Of a DNA stretch of 39,966 bases, positions 1 through 8,100 are shown piece after piece. The DNA lies in the IMG/VR virus record IMGVR_UViG_2534682349_000001; one strand, 5' to 3'. This stretch comes from a virus (lineage: Duplodnaviria > Heunggongvirae > Uroviricota > Caudoviricetes). The notes under the pieces are model-generated. The model was not told where the DNA came from and did no database searches. It was given only the letters and a program-made list of their open reading frames with translations. The translations under genes were made by a program, and so were the position numbers. Every line of letters starts with the position of its first letter. Position 1 is the first letter of the stretch.

Positions 1-2
1 TG

Positions 3-1181
3 AAGACACAGGGGCATTACTTTGTTAGAAACCTTTCTGGAAATCCTATCGGCGGATGGGTCTATGTTGATGTGACTGGGAATAATAATCGAGTGAAACA
101 GGAAGTGTATCAGGACAATGGTTACGAACATCGATCTAGACGATGGACTGGTAATGGTTGGACTGAATGGACAACAGATGTAAATAATAAAAATGTCGTT
201 TCGCAAATTAATATTACCCCTGATCAGATTAAAATTGCTTCAAATAAGATTGTTATTGATGGTAACACTGATATTCATGGTGATTTAAGAACTGATAGGG
301 TTCGTCTTGTTGGTAAAAATGGGGCTATTGATATGACTGGTGACACTGGTATCAAGCTAACCAATAATGATGGAAGTTCAATGTTATTGGGTAGATCAAA
401 TATTGATTTGATGTACAAGAATGATTTCCGAATGAATATTGATAGCTCATTAATGACTATTTATCATCGAAATAGTTTTATCAATCAACAGAATCCAATA
501 GCAATTTTAAATATTGGATCTGCCATCAACAAGGAAAATAAAAAATATCGTGGTGCCAGTATTAGATATAATCCTGGAAATTTAGATAATGACCAATTAA
601 GTGGAGCCGATACTTTAACCATTGGCTATAATTCGAGCATAGGGAATATCACGACTCAACTTGGATTTGGTTCTAGGGATTTAAAGCTGAGTAACGGAAC
701 CTATAACGTGAGAAAAGGTGTAAATCTATATGACGATTTAACAGTCCAACCTTATCAAAGAATTAATGTTGGATATGTTGATCAAGAATCAGATGGAAAA
801 TTTTCAAACGATCCATTGATGATTCATCGAATGCAATGGGGAGCTTCTTCTCAAGCTGATCGCTATCAACCAACAATAAGACTTGGCTATAGCAAAGACA
901 GTATGGGAAGTGCGGGAGTAACCTTTCTATGGAATCAAGTAAAGCCCTTTGGGAATAGGGATATAAGTGATTTAGGAGAAATTTGGTTTAACGGACAAAG
1001 ATTTGTCTTTGGTTGGGCTAGTCATGAAAGAATGTTTAATAACCAGAATCAACCAGCGTTTATGAGACTCGATGATAAAGGCGGAATTATGTCTGGAATA
1101 GCATTTACTCCCGGATCAACATGGGATTTGGGATCAGGAGCATGGAATATTACAGCATCGGTAATGAATCATGGGGGTTAA
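3..1181 (+). CDS. Tail fibre / host-specificity protein, C-terminal part (5'-truncated by the window)
   Basis: The frame is open from base 3 (KTQGHYFVRNLSGNP...) through the listed GTG at 72. It has a pyocin-knob-like segment (...EHRSRRWTGNGWTEW) followed by VSQINITPDQIKIASNKIVIDGNT, typical of Lactobacillus phage fibre proteins. Confidence 0.75.
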   Translation, partial: KTQGHYFVRNLSGNPIGGWVYVDVTGNNNRVKQEVYQDNGYEHRSRRWTGNGWTEWTTDVNNKNVVSQINITPDQIKIASNKIVIDGNTDIHGDLRTDRVRLVGKNGAIDMTGDTGIKLTNNDGSSMLLGRSNIDLMYKNDFRMNIDSSLMTIYHRNSFINQQNPIAILNIGSAINKENKKYRGASIRYNPGNLDNDQLSGADTLTIGYNSSIGNITTQLGFGSRDLKLSNGTYNVRKGVNLYDDLTVQPYQRINVGYVDQESDGKFSNDPLMIHRMQWGASSQADRYQPTIRLGYSKDSMGSAGVTFLWNQVKPFGNRDISDLGEIWFNGQRFVFGWASHERMFNNQNQPAFMRLDDKGGIMSGIAFTPGSTWDLGSGAWNITASVMNHGG

Positions 1182-1187
1182 AAATAT

Positions 1188-1505
1188 ATGTATAAAGTAG
1201 TGCGGCTTGTTAAGACAATTAAAGATAATGACGGAAATAACATAGCCACAATTCAAGTAGATTTAAATGGAGACGGATCAACGCCAGATCCCTTGACTGC
1301 AATATATGGTTCTGCTCAAATTATAGGATTTAATGACGATGGATCTCCAATCTATGACATGGAACTTAAACAGCGGATTAAAGATGAGAAGCAAAAATTT
1401 ATGGCAGAAGCTATAAAAGAACAGAAAAAGTTATGCATTGAGAATGGTGTTGACCCAGATTTAGTCAACATCTTGAATGCTGAAAAGAAGGTAACTAATG
1501 AATAA
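1188..1505 (+). CDS. Hypothetical phage protein (fibre-adjacent)
   Basis: 105-aa ORF tightly packed after the fibre gene and overlapping the next ORF. Confidence 0.75.
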   Translation: MYKVVRLVKTIKDNDGNNIATIQVDLNGDGSTPDPLTAIYGSAQIIGFNDDGSPIYDMELKQRIKDEKQKFMAEAIKEQKKLCIENGVDPDLVNILNAEKKVTNE

Positions 1506-1710
1506 TCAACAGCAACAAGCAGGAAAAGCAGAGAAAGTAGCAAGTAAGTTAATTAACAAATTGGCATTAACAGAATTGGAATTAGTTAATCGTGAAGTTG
1601 ATATCGATGAACTTAATGCGAAAGTTCAACAATTAACTCAGGCTAACCAACAACTTTCTGCTGAAAATCAACAACTTAAAAGTAACCAAGAAACTAAAAC
1701 AGAAGAATAA
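1498..1710 (+). CDS. Small coiled-coil phage protein
   Basis: 70 aa, heptad-like (LNAKVQQLTQANQQLSAENQQLK); the start overlaps the previous stop. Confidence 0.7.
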   Translation: MNNQQQQAGKAEKVASKLINKLALTELELVNREVDIDELNAKVQQLTQANQQLSAENQQLKSNQETKTEE

Positions 1711-1731
1711 AGAGAAAAGGGGAATATTAGC

Positions 1732-2007
1732 ATGGCTTTACGCAAAACTAAATCAACATCACTAACTGGTGAATCAGTAATTAATGGAACTACAGTGGTG
1801 CGTATGACTGCTAGTTTATCAACTAATGGCGGCTCAGACTCAGTAAATCAATATGTTCAAAATGTAGATCTATATAATGCAAACAAGCGTGATGTACGTA
1901 AGGATATTTCTGCATTTCAAGAATATGTATATGAACAACAAGATGCTATTGACGCAGAACTTGAAGCTGATAAAGAAACTGCCGATTCTGAAAAGAAAGA
2001 CGCTTAA
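1732..2007 (+). CDS. Conserved hypothetical phage protein preceding the holin genes
   Basis: RBS AAGGGG. MALRKTKSTSLTGES...YNANKRDVRKD resembles small genes seen between fibre and holin in lactobacillus prophages (recall). Confidence 0.75.
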   Translation: MALRKTKSTSLTGESVINGTTVVRMTASLSTNGGSDSVNQYVQNVDLYNANKRDVRKDISAFQEYVYEQQDAIDAELEADKETADSEKKDA

Positions 2008-2021
2008 TAAAACAAGGCTTT

Positions 2022-2064
2022 TATCAACATATTTGAACTTCGAAAGTGCCTAATATGTTGGATA
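2022..2064 (+). other. Intergenic stem-loop without U-tail
   Basis: TATCAACATATT (2022-2033) pairs with AATATGTTGGATA (2052-2064) with one bulge. A perfect 12-bp palindrome CCTTAATTAAGG follows at 2091-2102. Confidence 0.5.
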
Positions 2065-2127
2065 TTTCGTCGCCTAAGAAATTTACAGTTCCTTAATTAA
2101 GGGGCGGCCATGATCGGTGGTGACAGC

Positions 2128-2394
2128 ATGGATAAAGATAAAGAGCTTGAACTACTAATGGATATTCAAGAAAAAGTCGGTCGAATTGACGAGAGACTTA
2201 AAAAAGTTGAAGATACAGATCGCAAAGCGGAAGAGGCGATTCGTTTAAGTGAAAAGAATGAAGAAAAAATTGTTGAGCTTTCCGCAGCAGTTGAAGAACT
2301 TAAGGAAGGTCGAAAGTGGACCCAAAGAACTGCCATTGGTGCCATTATCAGTGCCGCAATTGCAGTTTTATCTTGGATTCACCCGCCATTCTAA
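2128..2394 (+). CDS. XhlA/hemolysin-family holin accessory protein
   Basis: RBS GGTGGTG before ATG 2128; N-terminal coiled coil and a single C-terminal TM segment (TAIGAIISAAIAVLSWI); directly upstream of the holin. Confidence 0.7.
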   Translation: MDKDKELELLMDIQEKVGRIDERLKKVEDTDRKAEEAIRLSEKNEEKIVELSAAVEELKEGRKWTQRTAIGAIISAAIAVLSWIHPPF

Positions 2395-2407
2395 AGGGGT
2401 AAATAAA

Positions 2408-2665
2408 ATGAAAAAAGTATTGAATTTAATTAAAAATAAGGTAGTTAAGCCAGATGGAACACTTAATGGGAAGATCATTAGTGGTTTGATAGCACTAATC
2501 ATTGTATTTGTACAACAAATCTTTGCCTGCTTTGGAGTTCAACCCAAAGGTGATGTGACTGCTTTTGTTGGACTTGCTAATACAGTCTTAACTATTCTTG
2601 GATTGGTTGGAGTATTAAGCGATCCAACACCTGTGGAAGTTCCTGTTAAGACAGAAAATAAATAA
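2408..2665 (+). CDS. Holin (phiLC3-like, two TM segments)
   Basis: RBS AAGGGG and ATG 2408 (the 2249 start in the track overlaps the previous gene). Two hydrophobic segments (IISGLIALIIVFVQQIF; AFVGLANTVLTILGLVGVL) followed by SDPT. Confidence 0.85.
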   Translation: MKKVLNLIKNKVVKPDGTLNGKIISGLIALIIVFVQQIFACFGVQPKGDVTAFVGLANTVLTILGLVGVLSDPTPVEVPVKTENK

Positions 2666-2670
2666 AAAAT

Positions 2671-2720
2671 GTTACCGATAGATGCAATTTTGTGACAGCG
2701 CTTGCATAATTTGGTAGAAT
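2671..2720 (+). promoter_or_regulatory. Promoter with conserved 26-bp dyad element, copy 1
   Basis: GTTACCGATAGATGCAATTTTGTGAC (2671-2696). -35-like GTGACA, 17-bp spacer, extended -10 TG-G-TAGAAT (2712-2720). Confidence 0.75.
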
Positions 2721-2759
2721 AATCGGTGTGGTACGAACGGGAAACGGAGAGTACACGAA

Positions 2760-3368
2760 TTGGTACAATTTAATAGTTTTTATAATGATCCAAATAATCG
2801 ACAAATTCTTGAGGTTATTAATACACCTACGGGTGCTGTTACAATCTTTGAACCATCAAAAGATGATGTTAATAAGATAATGCAGCTCAAAGAAATGGTA
2901 GATGCATTTAACCAAGAAAATGCCGATGAAAATCTACTAGATATTAATGGAACTACAATCTTAAAGGAACTAATTCCTCTTCTTACAGATTTGGAAATTG
3001 ATCCAGATATGACTGATGAGGAAATGGCTCAAATTATTGAAAATCCTACAGTGGAATTAAGTTTAATTACGTCAGTACTTTCAAGTGTAGTAACGAATAT
3101 CTATACGTTAATGATTATGAACTTTAAGAATAATCTAGAATTACGTAATATGGTAGATCAAACTGAAGAGATTTCTGATAGTGCTTTAGCTATGTTTATT
3201 TCTAAACAGTCTAAGACTGACGAGGGACGTAAGCAAATCGAAGAGATCAATAAGCAATCAGATAAGATCGTTAAGATGGAAACGGCTATTAAACAAGCTG
3301 AAGAAAAAGAAAAAACAAACGCAAAACCAGAGGAAGAGTCGCAAACTTCCGAAAAACAAGCTGGTTAA
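2760..3368 (+). CDS. Putative tail assembly chaperone
   Basis: 202-aa acidic helical protein with RBS GGAGAG and TTG start; first gene of the tail operon, upstream of the tape measure gene. The call is positional. Confidence 0.5.
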   Translation: MVQFNSFYNDPNNRQILEVINTPTGAVTIFEPSKDDVNKIMQLKEMVDAFNQENADENLLDINGTTILKELIPLLTDLEIDPDMTDEEMAQIIENPTVELSLITSVLSSVVTNIYTLMIMNFKNNLELRNMVDQTEEISDSALAMFISKQSKTDEGRKQIEEINKQSDKIVKMETAIKQAEEKEKTNAKPEEESQTSEKQAG

Positions 3369-3387
3369 TAAAAATAAAATGGTACAT

Positions 3388-3449
3388 AAAAATAGCGCAA
3401 GTAATGAAATGGACAGGAGATAGTCCATCTTTTTGCTTACGCTATTTTT
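3388..3449 (+). other. Long imperfect inverted repeat (27-bp arms)
   Basis: AAAAATAGCGCAAGTAATGAAATGGAC, loop AGGAGATA, then GTCCATCTTTTTGCTTACGCTATTTTT. Could be a terminator or a processing stem. Confidence 0.6.
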
Positions 3450-3473
3450 GATTTTAAACAAGGAGGTTATTTT

Positions 3474-3998
3474 ATGTCTAGTTTTGTTATTGAAGGTACT
3501 TTAACCGTAGACATAAGTGGCCTAGAAGGATTGGCAGGAGAAATTCGCTCTGTAAGTATTAAGGCGCTTCAGGGTGAAATAAGAAAAGTAGCAGATCAAA
3601 TATTAAGAGAATTAGTTGAGAAAGATTGGCCGGCAGGTCGGGCTTCTCCAGGATACGTTTCAACTGGTGAGTTAGTAGATGCCATCAATGTAACGGGTGG
3701 TGGGACTAGTTTATCTATTGAAATGGATGGTTCTCGTATGAGTATGAGTCCTCCAAGCACAGGAAATAGTGCAAACGGAGACTGGGGTGGAATTGAAAGC
3801 TGGGGAATCCATATGGGTGTACAGTCTCAGCCATTTAATGACGAGATGCCAGCATATCTTAACTATGGTGGTGGCGGACTTGTTCCACATCAAGGTACTC
3901 ACTATTTTGATAATGCCTTTTCTAAATATGTAGAAATAATTCCTAAACTCCTTGCTGATGCTCTTCGTGCTGCTGGGTTTGAAGTATCTGGCGCATAA
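3474..3998 (+). CDS. Putative tail completion / HK97 gp10-like protein
   Basis: RBS AAGGAGG; 174 aa. Pattern (N-terminal helix, YVSTGELVDAI, C-terminal YFDNAF...LADALR) resembles gp10-like proteins. Weak call. Confidence 0.4.
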   Translation: MSSFVIEGTLTVDISGLEGLAGEIRSVSIKALQGEIRKVADQILRELVEKDWPAGRASPGYVSTGELVDAINVTGGGTSLSIEMDGSRMSMSPPSTGNSANGDWGGIESWGIHMGVQSQPFNDEMPAYLNYGGGGLVPHQGTHYFDNAFSKYVEIIPKLLADALRAAGFEVSGA

Positions 3999-4010
3999 GA
4001 GGGGATATAT

Positions 4011-5039
4011 TTGAAACGAAAAGAAGGATTAACGTATCAAACAAAAAGCGATAGAAAAATCGTAAGATACGCAACGAAAGCAAGAATGGCAAAAGTAAAT
4101 CCTAAAAACATTAAGATTTATGAGCGCTATCTTAAGAGTCGAATCATTCACAATTCTGACGTTAAAGATACTACATATAAGGTTTACCATTCTTATATGA
4201 ATATTTTCATGTGTTATATCGCAGAAGAATGGGATAATTTTTATCTTTTAGATGAAGATATGCTAGAAGATGAAATGATTGATGTAATGGAAGGTTATAT
4301 GGCTTTCCTTGCCGATGAATGTGGTAATGGTAAAAAAGTCATTAACACTAAATTAAGTGCTGTATCCAGTTTCTACCTATGGGCAACTAGGCGAGGAATG
4401 ATTCGAAGTCATCCTTTTGATGGAAAATTAGACCGTATTAAGAATGCTCAAGATGAAAAGAAGATTTCAGTTCACTTTTTACACGAAGACAAGATTAATC
4501 AAATCTATAAAACTCTTGAAGAAGAAGCGGAACCTGAGGGAGCAAGATATGATTATCAAGATAGGTTGATCTGGGAGATTGCTTTTTATAGCGCTTGTCG
4601 TATTGGAGCATTGTACAACTTAAGCCTTTCTAATCTGAAACTTGATGAAAATAAGTTTGTCGACATTAGAGAAAAGCGTGGAAAGAGAGTTGAAGTTCCA
4701 TTCACAAATGAAACTAAGGAATTAATTAAGAAGTTCCTTAAGTGGCGTGAGGATAATGGAATTGATACAGATGCGTTCTTTGTTAATCGCCTAGGTGGTC
4801 ATATGAGTAAACAAGCCATGTCAATCCGTATTCGCAAAATAGGAGAAATTGTTGGTGTTGGTGATTTCAGAGCTCACAGTATTCGTAAGAGTCGATTAAA
4901 CCAAGTTGGGCAAAAGAATATTGAATTAGCCAAGCAATTAGCACACCACGAATCAATGGATACAACAGCACGCTTCTATATGGAAAAGAAGAGTGAAACA
5001 GCAACATTGAAAGAAATCGACGCATTGCTTTCAGAATAA
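4011..5039 (+). CDS. Tyrosine recombinase (XerD-like; positional equivalent of SPbeta YomM)
   Basis: Catalytic set present: R197 (SACRIG), K (EKRGK), H289-x-x-R292 (RAHSIR), H312/313 (LAHHES), Y323 (TTARFY). N-terminal SAM-like core-binding region. Confidence 0.92.
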   Translation: MKRKEGLTYQTKSDRKIVRYATKARMAKVNPKNIKIYERYLKSRIIHNSDVKDTTYKVYHSYMNIFMCYIAEEWDNFYLLDEDMLEDEMIDVMEGYMAFLADECGNGKKVINTKLSAVSSFYLWATRRGMIRSHPFDGKLDRIKNAQDEKKISVHFLHEDKINQIYKTLEEEAEPEGARYDYQDRLIWEIAFYSACRIGALYNLSLSNLKLDENKFVDIREKRGKRVEVPFTNETKELIKKFLKWREDNGIDTDAFFVNRLGGHMSKQAMSIRIRKIGEIVGVGDFRAHSIRKSRLNQVGQKNIELAKQLAHHESMDTTARFYMEKKSETATLKEIDALLSE

Positions 5040-5084
5040 AATATCCATTTTATAAAGTTGTAATTAATAATTTTATACTTTAAA

Positions 5085-5128
5085 CCGCAGAAGAATGGTA
5101 CAAACGCAAAATCATTTCTTTTAGGCGG
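5085..5128 (+). other. Imperfect stem-loop overlapping the tape-measure RBS
   Basis: CCGCAGAAGAATGGT pairs with ATCATTTCTTTTAGGCGG with bulges and G-U pairs; the 3' arm contains part of AGGCGGGTGA. Confidence 0.35.
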
Positions 5129-5138
5129 GTGAAATATA

Positions 5139-8100
5139 TTGGCAAGTAAAGAACTGTCAATAAAAGTTAAAGTTAACCTCCCAACAGCAGGGGAAATTGA
5201 AAATCAGATTCAACATTCTCTTCGTGGGTTAAAGGATATTAAGGTTGACGCAAATGTAAAATTAAAAGTTGGCAAACTTGGCAATCTCAAACGCCAACTA
5301 AGAAATGCTCTTGGTAAAGAAAACTTTAGAGTAAACGCAAATGTTAAAGTACATGGAATGTCCGAATTAAATCGGGTGTCCAGTAAATTAAAAGAAATTA
5401 GACGTTTAGCAAATGAACCAATTAAGTTAAACGTTGATATGGGTGGACATAATTTTGATAAGTCCATCGAAGAGGCACGGCGAAAAGCTAATAAAGAGTT
5501 AGAGAATACTAATCCTAGAAGTCATTATTCTCGAGCGGCGGTTGATGTGCAAAAGGAAATGCGTGCTCAACAACGTGCTATTGAAAAAGCACAACAAGAG
5601 TATTTAAAGCTCCAGAATCAAGCTACTAAGGCTAGTGACGAACGTATTCGACAAAATATACAACATTATGCTAGTCAAGTTGCTAAGCAACAAGAGCAAG
5701 CTGAAATGCGGTATAGAATGGTTGCGAATAAGGCTGGCTTGAGTGATTCAGAAATTAGCAAAAACGTTCTTGGTTTTAGAGAACAGCCTAAAGCGCGCAT
5801 GACTCTCAAGAACACTGAAATTGAACAACAGTTAAAAAGAGATGCAGAAGCCTTTAGGAGATACAAAAGTGCATTAAATGACGTCACGAAAGCGCAAATG
5901 ACCCTAGCAAAAGGTGGCTTAGGTGACAATGTATTTGCCGAAGTTCAGAGACAAGCTGGGGCGGCAGAAAAAAAGGTGCGATCTCTTGAAAGTGCTATAA
6001 GAAAAACAAAGTATGCATCTCAAGCATCAGATCTTAGAGATGCCTCCGATGCAAGAATACGAATGGCACGAGCCCAAGCCGCAGATCGTGAAAATGTAAA
6101 GGTGCGTCGAAGTAGAAAATCTTCTGCTGGCATGATGAATACCTTAAACACTTGGGACGTATTACAAAATGGTATATATGGAGCCGCTGCTGTTGTAAAT
6201 GGTTTAAATGAAGTTGATAAGGCCATTACAAAAGTTACAAAAGTTGTTCCCGACAGTCAAGCAGCAGTAAATAGATGGAAGAAGAATATCTATAAGGATG
6301 CTTCAGAAGTTGGTAAGACTGCTCCAGAATTTGCTGCCGCTGTAGAACAATGGGCAACAGCTGGATATAATCTTAAACAATCAAATCGTCTTGCAAAGGC
6401 GTCAGTTATGGGTTCTTTCGTTGGTGAAGTGCCTGTAGAAGACATGGTTAAGTATATGTCTGTTCCAATGAAAGCTTTCCAAAAGGAAGGTATTAAATCG
6501 AAAGACATTATTAACGCAATGAACCAAGTTTCTAACAAACATGCCATTGAAATGAATGACTTGGGGGCTGCATATCAGAAAGCTAGTTCAACAGTTGGTG
6601 CTACTGGGACTAAGTTCTCACAACTAACAGGTATTATTACAGCTGCTCAAGAAGGTACTCGTGCGGGTGGAGATATGATTGGAACCGCATATAAGACGAT
6701 TGGTTCACGTCTTGCTAAGATGGGTACTGGATTAACAAAGCAGGATCAAACCCGTGCAGCGTTCTTTAAGAAGTTGGGTGTTGATTTAACTGACAGCAAT
6801 GGAAAGTTGAAATCTACTTGGCAAATTATGGATCAGTTAGGTAAGCAATGGGATAAGTTAGATAGTAAAGACAAGAATACGGCAGCTCAATATGCCGCTG
6901 GAGCGAACCATGCTAACATTTTCCAAGCTACGATGGATAATTGGAAAATCGCACGTAAAGCCATGAAAGAAGCACAAGCTCAGGTTGATTTAAAAGATAA
7001 AGATCATGGATCGGCATATCAAGAATTTGAGAAGCAAAAGCAATCTATCGAATTCCAGTTAGCTTCATTAAAGAATACATGGATGTCATTCTTAAACAAT
7101 ATATCTGGTGGTAGAGAAGGAATTTCCCAAATTCTTCAAAGTCTTAATGGAATAGGATCTGTTGCAGATAAACTTGCTTCAAATAAATTATTCTCACAAG
7201 CTATTAGATGGGGTGCAATCACTGCTGGAATAGTTATGGCACGTAACGCTATAACAGGAATGGTTAAAAGCTTTGCAAATATTGGAAATGCTGGAAAAGG
7301 AATTGAAGGTCTTAAATTTAAATTTACTAATGTTGGAAGTTCTGTTTCTGAATTAAGGGCAAAAATTCATGAATTAAGAGCAGAATTAGATGGGTTAAAT
7401 ACCAAGAGTCTTAAAGTAAAGAATCCGCTAGATAAAAAGGCTAAAGGACGAACCCGAGGGCAATATACAAGTAAGAGTGGAGACAAGATTAATTATTCTA
7501 TTCCGGGGAATAATGTTCTTCAGACAAGACAAGGGGCTAAAAAGAACTATAAATTATCTCGGAATTCATCAAAAGTATCCTCTGCAAAGCAGCTCGCAAA
7601 GGATAACGAAACTTTAGCTCAATCTTATTCCAATTTAACTCCAGCAATTAGTAGAACGGAACAGAAAATGAAGGCTCACAATGAGAGCCTAGGCAAAGGT
7701 GCTAAAGCTACAGCTAAGCTGGGAAAAGTTATGGGTGTAGCCGGAAGTGTTATGGGAGTAATTGGTAGCGGACTTGGTGTCGTTGGATTAGGTATTGATG
7801 CGATTACTATTGCGTCAGGAGCCCTAGAGATGATGGGTGTTCATCCATGGAAGTTAATCCAAAATGCAATCAAGCCGGCTCAAGCTAATGCCGAAGCGTT
7901 TGACAAGTCTATGCAAAAGATACACGGTACCATATCTGAAACAAATGGGAATTTACAAAAAAATATTCTTTTTAATGGTACGGCTGAGAAATCCACAAAG
8001 GGTCTAACAGGACTAAAGAAAGCTTTAGATGGGGTAACAGATGGTTCTAATCAACTTTCAAAGCAGGACTGGAGTAAATTTAGAAAAGAGTTTAATTCTA

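Noticed and set aside
3-1181. Diversity-generating retroelement targeting a fibre gene
   Set aside because: No reverse transcriptase and no template/variable repeat pair is visible in the window.
3290-3368. Programmed -1 frameshift of the tail assembly chaperone (lambda G/GT type)
   Set aside because: The A-rich end has no in-frame X-XXY-YYZ heptamer that I can find, and no extended downstream frame joins the next gene.
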